Shown one piece after another: positions 19,440 to 28,543 of a DNA stretch of 64,000 nucleotides. The notes under the pieces were generated by a model. It made no database searches. It was not told where the DNA came from and saw nothing but the letters and a program-made list of their open reading frames with translations. The translations under genes were made by a program, and so were the position numbers. Numbering within the stretch: the stretch's first letter is position 1; each line of letters starts with the position of its first letter. The DNA is taken from the NCBI GenBank assembly GCA_965197645.1, contig OZ240219.1, positions 1,792,001 to 1,856,000 on the forward strand. The letters are read 5' to 3'. The stretch comes from Dehalococcoidia bacterium (GTDB lineage Bacteria > Chloroflexota > Dehalococcoidia > Plut-88900).

Positions 19440-22400
19440 TCAACCCCAATTCCTGGCCTTGGGCAGCGCACCCGTGGTTTCGATACTCGACACGCTGCTG
19501 GCTACTATGTTCAGCGCGTCCTCCCGTCTTGAGACCACCCCCTTCACCTTGAGCACCGGCTCTCTAAGGACCAGGCGATATCGCTCGTAGACCTTGGGCC
19601 ATACCACCAGGGGTATGTGTCCGAACTCATCCTCCAGGGTGATGAAGATCGCATTTGCGCTGGGGTGCTGCCGGCGGACCACCAGCCCGGCGACCGTCAC
19701 CTCGCTGCCCTCTTCCAGGTCCTGGACCTGATAGCTCGGCAGGACGTTCTTGTCCAAAGACGGCCTGATCTGGGTCATGAGATGCCCATCGGGATGCAGC
19801 CCCAGGGTGCGGTACTCTCCCATCATCTTTTCCCATCGACTCAAGGATGGGAGCTCGACGAGGTCTTGCTCGACGGGAAGAGGAAGGGCCATCTGAGTCC
19901 CGGATGAGCGGTATCTCAGTCCCACCTCCCATAGCGCCGACCTCCGGTCCGCAGCCAGCGAGTCGAAGGCGCCGGCCCCCGATAGGTCCTCCAGTACCTC
20001 TCGACGCAGGCCCGTTCTTTGCATCACATCGCCCAGCGATTCAAAAGGCCCATCCCTTTCCCTAGCCTCCAGGACCGATTCCACCCCGGACCCTCCCATT
20101 CCCTTCACAGTGAGCAGTCCCAGAAGTATCCCTTCGTCCTTGATTGCGCACTTGGCGTCGCTTTCATTGATGTCCGGATTGAGAACATCTATCCCGTGTC
20201 GTTTGGCGTCCTCTTTGAGGGTCTCCGTGTTGTAGAAACCCATGGGCTGCTGGTTGAAGATTCCCACGAAGAACTCCAGCGCGTGGTAATGCTTGATCCA
20301 GGTCATCTGGTAGGCTGTTATCCCGAAGGCGTAGGCGTGGGACTCGGGGAACATGTACTGCCCCGAGAACTTGCCAAATATCTCTCTTGATACGGACTCG
20401 GGCACCCCCCGTTTGGCCGCCCCTGCCTCGAACCTATTCCAGTACTCCTGGAGCAGGTCCCGATTGTTCTTTCTGCTGAAGGCGCGACGCAGCTGGTCTG
20501 CCTCCATGGCACTGAAGCCCGCTACGTCCATTGCCAGCTGGTTCACCTGGTCCTGGAAGAAAACGATTCCCTCCGTGCGTTCCAGAGCGTCTCTTTCCAG
20601 CGGATGAGCATAGTCCCACGGCTCTTTACGGACGTACCTTTCTATGAACTTGGAAATGCCATTGTTCACTCCCACCCCCGGTCGCACGGCAGCAACCTCT
20701 ATGGCCATCTCTTTGAGGTTCTTCGGCTTGACGCGGGAGATGGTCTGCATCTGCGCGGCGGACTCCACCTGGAAGATGCCGATGGTATCGGCTTTATGCA
20801 GCATCTCATAGACGGCCTCGTCCTCGAAGTCGATACGCGAGAGGTCCGGGTAGGTGCCATCTCTCTGCTCTATGAGGGCCAGGGCCTCGTTTAGCTGGGA
20901 CAGAACCCCCAGCGAGAGGAAATCTATCTTCACGAACCCGGCGTCATCGATACTGTCCTTGTCCCAGTGGCAGACGTACCGTCCGTCCATGGCGCTTTGG
21001 TGTACGGGCACCACGTCTATGAGGGGAGATGAGCTTATGATCATGCCCCCGGGGTGCTGGGCCAGGTACTTGGGGAATCCCTCCAGCTGTTTCGATAGGT
21101 CTATCAGGTCCCGCCACCCCGGTGCGTCCGCCCTGTGCCTGAACTCTGGGAGGATGTTCATCTCCGACTGCAGGCTCGCCGAATGCCGGGTATCGACCCG
21201 CTTGGCAAGCTTATCAACGTCCTCGGAAGGGAGGCCGAGGACTTTACCCAGATCACGAATAGTCCCCTTCATCTTGTAAGTGCTTATCATTCCGGACAGG
21301 GCAGCCCGCTCCCACCCCCATTTTTCGTGCACCCGTTTTATCAGCTCCTCCCTGATCTCCCGGGGAAAGTCCAGGTCTATATCGGGCGCCGCTCCCATCT
21401 CGTCACTCAGAAACCGTTCCAGCGAGAGGTTGAACTCCAGCGGGTCTATATGAGATAGACCGATGAGATATCCCACCAGCATCGCCACTGACGAACCTCT
21501 CCCTCTGCCCGGGGGCCTCTCTTCCAACGGTATCTCGGGATCGGTCAAGCCCAGGTCTATCATCACCTCTCGGGCCATCTGGATTATCTCGTGGTAGATC
21601 AGGAAGAATCCTGCCAGGCTATGCTTTTTGATCAGCCGGAACTCTTCTTTCAACCGCTCTCTTACCCGAGGCGTGATGGAGCCGTACCTTCGGACGGCGG
21701 CCTCGTAGCAAAGCTTTTCGAAATAGCTCTGAGGAGTGTGGCCTTCTGGGACTGGATAGTCGGGGAACCGATACCCCAGATGCTGGGTCAGATCGAATGT
21801 GCACCGCTCGGCGATGACGAGGGTGTTCCGGACAGCCTCGGGGTGTTCCGGGAACAGCTCCTCCATCTCCAGCGACGACTTCAAATGGAACTCGGAGTTG
21901 GCCCTTCTCTGTCTGTGGGTCTCGTCCAGGCTTTTACACGCCTTTACTGCGACCAGAGAGTCCTGCAGTCGATGCCTCCCCCGTGTGTGATAGTGAGCGT
22001 TGTTCGTGGCCACCACCTCGATTCCTCGATCTTCACCCAGTCCGGTCAGAAGCCGATTCCTTTGGGTGTCGCCGTAGACCAGGTTTTGCTGCAGCTCCAG
22101 GTAGAAGCCGGAGCCGCCGAACCATCGCAGGTAGCGGTTGGCTGCTGACCGGGCCTCTGAGTACCGAGATTCCGCCAGAAGCACGGGTATCTCCCCCTTT
22201 GGACACCCTGATAGAGCGATGAGGCCCTCCGTGTGGTCTGGTATGAGGTCCGGGTCCAGCTCCGGCTCTCGGCGGTCCGATGTCATGTGGGAATAGGAGA
22301 TCAGCTGGCACAAGTTGCTGTAACCCCTGGCCGTCTCGGCCAAAAGGGTCAGATGGCCTCCTCCCTTCAGGGTGACTTCGGCACCGGTGATGGGTTGAAT

Positions 22401-22577
22401 TCCCATGGAGCGGGCCTGCTGGGCGAACTCCATGGCGCCGCACAGGTTGTCATGATCGGTCAGGGCTAGGGCCGGATACCCCAGCTCTTTGGCTCGCAGC
22501 AGAAGCTCGTGGGTGAAGGAGGCCCCCTCTTGGAACGAGTAGTTGGAGTGGCAGTGCAGCTCTACGTAGCTAGACAT
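19440..22577 (-). CDS. dnaE2: Error-prone DNA polymerase III alpha (DnaE2/ImuC)
   Basis: PHP HCHSNYSF/LTDHD, GRGSS, PDIDLD, QHPGG, KIDFL, FPESHA, QQPMGFY, OB-fold TLEDEFG, C-terminal ARNW; next to imuB. Confidence 0.93.
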   Translation of the reverse strand: MSSYVELHCHSNYSFQEGASFTHELLLRAKELGYPALALTDHDNLCGAMEFAQQARSMGIQPITGAEVTLKGGGHLTLLAETARGYSNLCQLISYSHMTSDRREPELDPDLIPDHTEGLIALSGCPKGEIPVLLAESRYSEARSAANRYLRWFGGSGFYLELQQNLVYGDTQRNRLLTGLGEDRGIEVVATNNAHYHTRGRHRLQDSLVAVKACKSLDETHRQRRANSEFHLKSSLEMEELFPEHPEAVRNTLVIAERCTFDLTQHLGYRFPDYPVPEGHTPQSYFEKLCYEAAVRRYGSITPRVRERLKEEFRLIKKHSLAGFFLIYHEIIQMAREVMIDLGLTDPEIPLEERPPGRGRGSSVAMLVGYLIGLSHIDPLEFNLSLERFLSDEMGAAPDIDLDFPREIREELIKRVHEKWGWERAALSGMISTYKMKGTIRDLGKVLGLPSEDVDKLAKRVDTRHSASLQSEMNILPEFRHRADAPGWRDLIDLSKQLEGFPKYLAQHPGGMIISSSPLIDVVPVHQSAMDGRYVCHWDKDSIDDAGFVKIDFLSLGVLSQLNEALALIEQRDGTYPDLSRIDFEDEAVYEMLHKADTIGIFQVESAAQMQTISRVKPKNLKEMAIEVAAVRPGVGVNNGISKFIERYVRKEPWDYAHPLERDALERTEGIVFFQDQVNQLAMDVAGFSAMEADQLRRAFSRKNNRDLLQEYWNRFEAGAAKRGVPESVSREIFGKFSGQYMFPESHAYAFGITAYQMTWIKHYHALEFFVGIFNQQPMGFYNTETLKEDAKRHGIDVLNPDINESDAKCAIKDEGILLGLLTVKGMGGSGVESVLEARERDGPFESLGDVMQRTGLRREVLEDLSGAGAFDSLAADRRSALWEVGLRYRSSGTQMALPLPVEQDLVELPSLSRWEKMMGEYRTLGLHPDGHLMTQIRPSLDKNVLPSYQVQDLEEGSEVTVAGLVVRRQHPSANAIFITLEDEFGHIPLVVWPKVYERYRLVLREPVLKVKGVVSRREDALNIVASSVSSIETTGALPKARNWG

Positions 22578-22860
22578 AATTCTGCCGGTACCACCGGGAC
22601 GTGGTCTGGTCTTGAAATGCCGTCAAGGTTCGTCCGTCCTCCAGGACCAGGTAATGGTAGGTCCGGGAGATGGGGCGGGGCCGCCACCATTCGTCGTCGA
22701 TGCGCCACCTGTCCTGGACGGCCGTCACCTGCAGAGGAAGACCTCCCAGCACAATCACCCTGGGCAGGCCGTCATCCCCCACTTCGACCTCCAGGTCAGC
22801 GGGAGCCCTTAGAGGGCGTATCGCACCAACGCTTCCCGGCGTTCCGGTATTCTGGACCAC
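22570..22860 (-). CDS. DUF6504-like small protein (resembles the ImuB C-terminal domain)
   Basis: QDRWRIDDEWWRPRPISRTYYHLVLEDG..LTAFQD...WY; GGAGG then GTG at 22860; overlaps both imuB and dnaE2. Confidence 0.8.
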   Translation of the reverse strand: MVQNTGTPGSVGAIRPLRAPADLEVEVGDDGLPRVIVLGGLPLQVTAVQDRWRIDDEWWRPRPISRTYHYLVLEDGRTLTAFQDQTTSRWYRQNYV

Positions 22861-24107
22861 GGCTCTACCTCCCTGAGCTGAAAGATCGGGGCCTTGCACC
22901 CCAGCCTCGCCTCCAGCTGCCTAACCGAGTCCCTGAGCCGGTCCCTTTGTCGTACCTTTGGAAAAAGGTTTATCTGCCGGCCCGTTTCGCGGCTGATTCC
23001 GGACAGTATCAGGCTCAGGTCCTCCAAGGGCCCCGGCAGCACTCGAGATGCAAGCGACCCTTTGATCAGTGCAAGCCCCTGTTCGGCGCTTGCCACCGGC
23101 TCCCTGAACACCATCCTGTGGGTCCAACGAGGCCCTCGCATAGTCCGACCCTCCAGCGTGGACACCCGCGCCTGTCTTCCTCTCACACGGGGACTCGAGA
23201 AGGCCCTTCTCAGCAGGGTTTCGATGGCCATGAGCACCGGCTCGATGGTGGATACAGGATCGGGAAAGCTCATCGACTCAACAACTTCCTCCTCTTTCTT
23301 CCGAAGAAGTATCTCGGTCTTATCGATCCCATTTGAAAGCTCCCAGATACGTCGCCCCACAGGTCCGAACTGGGATGTCAGAGGACCGGGGGCCAGGGAC
23401 GCGATCTGCCCCAAGGTATGCAGACCGAAGACGTGAAGACGCTCTTTCAGGGCCCAGGAGACGGGCAACACCTCTACGGGCAGCTTCTCTAGGAATCCCT
23501 TGATGTCATCCGGCGCTCTGAACGCCTGGTTGACGGCGGCGCGCCTGGCGGCCAGGTACGCGGGGAATTTCCCCTTCGCAACCCCGATTCTGGCGCCGTC
23601 ACCCTCGGGGGGCAGGGACAGTATGGCGCTTATCATCCGGGCCTCACCTCTGTACATTCCTTCCAGTCCCTGCAGCCCGACGTACGCGCAACCCAGCTCG
23701 GCAGGCTCTACGATTGGACTCCTGCCCTCGAGGGAGTCCAGCACCCGCTCGAAGGCCTGCTCGTAGTGTGGCATGTCAGCCTCGATGAGGTTGGCCGACC
23801 TGGCTCTCGACAGCGCCTCCTGCAACGGCATGTTCCTATGCACACCCTGCAATTGAGGTGAATAGTCCAGAACATACTGCTTGGAGCCGTGGGAACAGTA
23901 GATGATGGAGGGGATGCTCTTCAGCCCGGGGTTCCTCATGGCCTCCTGTCTCAGTGCAAAGTGATCGATGAGGACGCACGCCACCTTCGCCGGGGTGCCT
24001 TTCTTGGAGTTCTTGCGCTTCCGAGAATACCGGGGCTCGGCCTTGAGCCCTTCTCTCGGGGAGCCGATTGTCAAGATATCGTCTTCGACGGCTTGGACAG
24101 GGTTCAT
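22809..24107 (-). CDS. imuB: ImuB-like, catalytically inactive Y-family polymerase
   Basis: Y-family layout (ACVLIDHF, MPLQEA, IGVAKGKFPA.LAA, LPVEVL, GLHTLGQIA) lacking the catalytic carboxylates; clamp-like QINLF; RBS GAGGAGG before ATG 24107 (ORF open to 24314). Confidence 0.85.
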   Translation of the reverse strand: MNPVQAVEDDILTIGSPREGLKAEPRYSRKRKNSKKGTPAKVACVLIDHFALRQEAMRNPGLKSIPSIIYCSHGSKQYVLDYSPQLQGVHRNMPLQEALSRARSANLIEADMPHYEQAFERVLDSLEGRSPIVEPAELGCAYVGLQGLEGMYRGEARMISAILSLPPEGDGARIGVAKGKFPAYLAARRAAVNQAFRAPDDIKGFLEKLPVEVLPVSWALKERLHVFGLHTLGQIASLAPGPLTSQFGPVGRRIWELSNGIDKTEILLRKKEEEVVESMSFPDPVSTIEPVLMAIETLLRRAFSSPRVRGRQARVSTLEGRTMRGPRWTHRMVFREPVASAEQGLALIKGSLASRVLPGPLEDLSLILSGISRETGRQINLFPKVRQRDRLRDSVRQLEARLGCKAPIFQLREVEPWSRIPERREALVRYAL

Positions 24108-24321
24108 GACCGTACACACCTCCTCGAACTCACCTCTATACCCTCCATTCCCTCTCGCCATCCCTCCGGTCCTCGCTCGGAAGGGATGCGGACGGCCCTC
24201 TCTATCTCGGCCGGGGCTTCTTACCATCCACTGGGAGAATCCCATGGCCTGCTCTTTGAGAGTAGCAAGCTCAAAGCCCTCAGCATCGAGGACGAATTCC
24301 TCCGTAGGGACCACCTCATGC

Positions 24322-24360
24322 GAACAGGCGTACTATAAAGTACATTAGTTCTACTGTCAA
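24322..24360 (-). promoter_or_regulatory. Sigma70 promoter overlapped by two LexA boxes (imuB-dnaE2 operon)
   Basis: Minus strand TTGACA-17bp-TATAGT; boxes GAAC-TAAT-GTAC (24340-24351) and GTAC-GCCT-GTTC (24322-24333). Confidence 0.85.
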
Positions 24361-24545
24361 GGGTGTAGAGAAGGAGAGTACACTCTTTTCCAATTGAGGA
24401 GGTCTGGAGGATGTGCCCCCAGCAAAGAACCGTCCGAGGACGGGCGGTTGAGACCAATGCATCTGCCCTTTCGATACAAGCTCCCCTTGCTTCTTTCGGG
24501 TACACTCACCTGAAAGGCCTGAAGCTGAGGACCAAGGAGCAGCAA

Positions 24546-24887
24546 ATGGGGACATATCGGCTGTACACCGGGGATGACCGCCAATCTCACGTCGAACCCA
24601 TAGATTTAGCCGGTGCTCCCGATTGGACACGGGGGCTGGCGGCCACGCAGATTACCTTCCAGGAGCAGCCCGTGGGCAGTTTCCTGGACTGGCACCCCGC
24701 ACCGAGACGCCAGTTCGTCATCATCCTCTCGGGGCAGCTGGAGATCGGTCTGGGCGACGGTACCAAGCACGTTTTCGGCCCCGGCGATGCTCGCCTGGTG
24801 GAGGACACCACGGGCCAGGGCCATACCACCGCCGTTTATGGTAATCAGCCGTGCCTCACGGCCACCATCCCGCTGAGCGATCAGTGA
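24546..24887 (+). CDS. Small cupin-domain protein
   Basis: RLYTGDD.QSH, WHPAPRRQFVIILSG, EDTTGQGH; RBS AAGGAG before ATG 24546. Confidence 0.85.
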   Translation: MGTYRLYTGDDRQSHVEPIDLAGAPDWTRGLAATQITFQEQPVGSFLDWHPAPRRQFVIILSGQLEIGLGDGTKHVFGPGDARLVEDTTGQGHTTAVYGNQPCLTATIPLSDQ

Positions 24888-24959
24888 TGGCCGGTGAGCT
24901 GTGGGCTGCGCTTTCGAGTGTAGGGCTGGAATCGGCAGACACTGAAGAGGTGAGGACAC

Positions 24960-25709
24960 ATGAGTTTGGACGGTAAGATCGTAGTCATTACCGGGGCCAG
25001 CCGAGGCATAGGGCAGGCCCTCGCCATCGGTTTCGCTGCAGAAGGCGCCACCGTGGTGGCCGCGGCGCGGACCCTCCGTCCCGCCTCTGGGGTCGCCGAA
25101 GGGTCGCTGGAAGAGACCGTAAACCGGATCACCGGTTCGGGCGGCAAGGCGCTGGCCATACCCTGCGACATGAGGGTAGAGTCGGAGATCAAGACCCTGG
25201 TGGATCGCACCCTGTCCGAGGCGGGACCGATAGACGTCCTCATCAATAACGCCGCCATCAGCCACCAGGGCGACTTGGATAGCCTTTCGGTGGAAGAGTT
25301 CGACGCGGTGATGTCGGTCAACCTACGGGGCCCATTCATCACCTGCAAATACGTAGCGCCGGGGATGATGGAACGCCGGCGCGGCAACATCATGAACCTG
25401 ACTTCGCGCAATGCCATATGGGACTCGCCGGAGGACCTGGCTTACGCCCCTTCGAAAGCCGCTCTGGATCGGTTCTCACGGAACTTGGCCGAGGACCTGA
25501 GGCCTTACAACATAGCGGTCAACGCTCTCAGCCCGGGCCTGGTCACCTCCTATATGACCCGGAACTGGGATCCCTCCGATAACCCGCGAGGGCTGGAGAT
25601 ATCTCCGCCCGAGGAGGTGTTGCCGGCGACGCTGTGGCTGGCCCAGCAGGATGCTTCCTTCACCGGGCATGTGTTGCTCAGGAACGATTTCGGCAAGACC
25701 TGGCCGTAG
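24960..25709 (+). CDS. Short-chain dehydrogenase/reductase
   Basis: TGASRGIG, NNA, YAPSK (YxxxK), NALSPG. Confidence 0.93.
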   Translation: MSLDGKIVVITGASRGIGQALAIGFAAEGATVVAAARTLRPASGVAEGSLEETVNRITGSGGKALAIPCDMRVESEIKTLVDRTLSEAGPIDVLINNAAISHQGDLDSLSVEEFDAVMSVNLRGPFITCKYVAPGMMERRRGNIMNLTSRNAIWDSPEDLAYAPSKAALDRFSRNLAEDLRPYNIAVNALSPGLVTSYMTRNWDPSDNPRGLEISPPEEVLPATLWLAQQDASFTGHVLLRNDFGKTWP

Positions 25710-25730
25710 CAGGTTTAGGAAAAACTCTTC

Positions 25731-25878
25731 CGACCATCCCCCTGGCCCCCTTCCTGGACAGGAAGGGGGGGTAAAAAGATATAATTTCTGAGGGACACCC
25801 CTTCGGCTGGCTCAGGGCAGGCTCTCAGACTCCCGACAAAGGGGCTTTCGCCCCTCTGCACACCCCATAATTCACTAG
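25731..25878 (+). repeat. Dispersed palindromic intergenic repeat (MITE/REP-like), copy 1
   Basis: CGACCATCCCCCTGGCCCCCTTCCTGG.CAGGAAGGGGGG...ATAATTTCTGAGGGA shared with 40772-40850. Confidence 0.8.
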
Positions 25879-25973
25879 CCAGTTGGTGGACCGGCTGGAG
25901 TGAGTGCGGACTCGGAGCGAAAGGCTCCCTTCGAGGACACGGCTGTTTCGGTCGCCGGGTAGGGCCTCAGTGA

Positions 25974-27302
25974 CTAATCCGCGTACGTCTCCTCTTTGAA
26001 CATGCTGCGCATTAGGGAGAGGTAGCCCTGCTTGTTGAGGGGCGCCTGATAGGTATCTGCTATCTCCCTGGCACGGCGCCCGCCATCGACAAGGAGGTCT
26101 ATGACGGTCATGGCCATGGCCTTGGCGCCCTTCAACACGCCCAGGTCGTAGTCCTGCACCAGGTAGTCGTTGCCGTGGCCGTTGCCCGATGCCGCCACTA
26201 CGTAAGGATGGATGACGGGCATTATCTGCGATACGTCACCCATATCGGTCGAGCCTGTGCGGTGCCCAAGCCGCGCCAGGCTCTCCTCACCGACGAGTGC
26301 GGAGGCGTTGGCTCGATATAGCTCCAGCATGCTCTCATCGCTTTGGATGGGAAGATAGCCGGGCAGCGTCGTGATGGTCACGCTGGCGCCCATGGCGATG
26401 GCCCCGGCCCTCAGAGCGCGGTCGACCTTTTCACTGGCCGATAGAAATGCCTCGATGGTCTTACCCCGGACGAAGGTCTCCATTCGTACGTCCGCCGGCA
26501 CGGAGCTGACGGCGACGCCGCCCCGGGTGATTATCGGATGGATGCGAATGGTGTCCTCGTCCCGATAGGTCTCGCGCTGGGCGTGAATGGCGGAGAGAGC
26601 GATCATGGCGGCGTTGAGGGCGTTGACCCCCAGGTGGGGCGCACCCCCGGCATGGGCGGCACGCCCCTCGAACTGGATCCTCTTGGCCACAATGCCGTTG
26701 TTGGTTCCGCCAAAGGCGATCTTGCCCTCGTTCGGGTTGCTGGAGGTGTGGGTCATCATGGCCATGTCCACGTCATCAAGCGCTCCGTGACGAATAAACT
26801 CAGGCTTGCCTCCGAGAAACTCCAGCTTGCCCTCGCGCCTGAGCTCGTCCCGGTACTCGATCTCGATGTACTCTTCAGCGGGCACGGCTATCAAGGCTAC
26901 TCGGCCCGCGAGACCCTCCATCACGCCCGCGGCCTTGAGACCCATCCCTACCCCCAGCATCATGCCGATCTGGCAGTGATGGCCACAGGCGTGAGCGGCG
27001 CTGGTGATGGGGTCGGCATGAGGATGGCCCAACACTTTCAGGGAATCGAGCTCGCCCATGACGGCCACCGTCGGCCCGGGCGTGCCGCTGTCCAACGCGC
27101 CCTTCAGACCGGTGATGCCGATGCCGTCCTGGAAAGGGACGCCCATTCCACGAAACGTTTCGGCAACAAGTCGAGAGGTCTTCTCCTCTCGAAAGCCCGG
27201 CTCCGGATTGTCCAGGATCGTCTTGGCGATCCGGACAAGTTCGTCGCCACGACGGTCTATCTCCGCCTGTGCAACGGCCTTCATCTCCTCGGGAGTCGGC
27301 AT
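25974..27302 (-). CDS. M20 family amidohydrolase (ACY1L2/AbgB-like)
   Basis: NPEPGFRE, GELD, HACGH, PAEE, AHAGGAPHLGVNAL, GSTDMGDVS. Confidence 0.9.
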   Translation of the reverse strand: MPTPEEMKAVAQAEIDRRGDELVRIAKTILDNPEPGFREEKTSRLVAETFRGMGVPFQDGIGITGLKGALDSGTPGPTVAVMGELDSLKVLGHPHADPITSAAHACGHHCQIGMMLGVGMGLKAAGVMEGLAGRVALIAVPAEEYIEIEYRDELRREGKLEFLGGKPEFIRHGALDDVDMAMMTHTSSNPNEGKIAFGGTNNGIVAKRIQFEGRAAHAGGAPHLGVNALNAAMIALSAIHAQRETYRDEDTIRIHPIITRGGVAVSSVPADVRMETFVRGKTIEAFLSASEKVDRALRAGAIAMGASVTITTLPGYLPIQSDESMLELYRANASALVGEESLARLGHRTGSTDMGDVSQIMPVIHPYVVAASGNGHGNDYLVQDYDLGVLKGAKAMAMTVIDLLVDGGRRAREIADTYQAPLNKQGYLSLMRSMFKEETYAD

Positions 27303-27706
27303 GATAGCTCCTGTGGGGCACTTCCCATAGTGGATTGTGGTGTATCGGTGGCCGTCGCGCCGGTCACGAAACAGTGGAACAAGCAGATTGTAGCAGGGCG
27401 CCAGCTGAGAGGCCAGAAAGGAAGAAGGCGACCATCATAGACGAGATGGTCCGGGGTACCGGCCGCCATCGCACGTAGCGCTGCACATCTCCGGTCCTGG
27501 GCTCGGAGTGGGCCAAGTGACCGCTCCGGCAGCGTCTACTTCTGCTCAGCATGGCGCTGGTCTGATTGTTGACCGAGTTATAGGTTTCCAATAAGCTGGC
27601 TTCATTGAGCCCAATAGACACCAGTGCGGGAACTATTCATGCCGAGAGTTCCGACTCGGAAGGGCTGCAATCCGGGCGAGCCGCCATCTAGAAAGGAGCG
27701 TACCGA

Positions 27707-28456
27707 TTGAAGAGTCTGGATAACGAAAAAAAAGAGGAACAGGGGAAGGCGGCGCGTTTGGTCGGAGCGGTAGAACGCCATTTTCAAGGTAGGGTTCTCG
27801 CCGGACTGTTGGAGCTCGTTCCCCTGATAGTCACTGTCATAGTTCTTCTGTTCATCATCACCAAGGCCGATGCCTATGTAAGGGCACTGCCCTTTGTGAA
27901 GGATGAACCCTGGGATGTGACGGGAATAGGAATAGCCTCCCTTGTGGCTGCATTCTATTTGATAGGGTTGCTCATTACTTTCCGCATCGGCAGATGGCTC
28001 ATTACCCTTATTGGGGTGATCCTGCTAAGAGTACCGGTGCTCAAGGTCATCTACAGGGTCATGCTCCAGGTCACCAGTGTACTGGTCTCCGATTACGGGT
28101 TCAGCAGAGTAGTGTTCATAGAGTGGCCGCGTGAAGGCATGGTGGCCATGGGTTTCGTCACAGGCCGCGTGCTAGCCAAGGACGGCGATCATTCCCTTGT
28201 CAGCGTGTACATCCCCACAGTACCCAATCCCACCTCCGGCAACATGGCCTTTGTCCATGAAGACGATGTACTGGAAACGGACCTCAGCGTGGACGCAGCC
28301 ATGAAACTGGTCTTTTCCGGTGGGTTCGTTATCCCGCACAATCTGTCCATGGCCCGAGTCCCCAGGACCGACGCCAAATTCAATGCCGAGTTCCTCGGGG
28401 CCTTCGAATCGGAAAGCAGCGTGAGGGCCCGGGAGTCCCAAGAGCAGGGCTCTTAA
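27707..28456 (+). CDS. DUF502 membrane protein
   Basis: Two TM helices, VVFIEWPR, GFVT, VYIPTVPNPTSG, AMKLVFSGG. Confidence 0.88.
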   Translation: MKSLDNEKKEEQGKAARLVGAVERHFQGRVLAGLLELVPLIVTVIVLLFIITKADAYVRALPFVKDEPWDVTGIGIASLVAAFYLIGLLITFRIGRWLITLIGVILLRVPVLKVIYRVMLQVTSVLVSDYGFSRVVFIEWPREGMVAMGFVTGRVLAKDGDHSLVSVYIPTVPNPTSGNMAFVHEDDVLETDLSVDAAMKLVFSGGFVIPHNLSMARVPRTDAKFNAEFLGAFESESSVRARESQEQGS

Positions 28457-28543
28457 GCCGAGAACGAATCGAGCTTGCTTAGCGAAGCAACGCACCATTG
28501 CAGTGAGCGACACCACATATCCTAGATTCTGGGCCTGGAGCGG

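Noticed and set aside
19440-22577. Replicative DnaE1 assignment or intein
   Set aside because: Length, QQPMGFY motif, C-terminal ARNW tail and imuB/LexA context indicate DnaE2; no intein motifs seen
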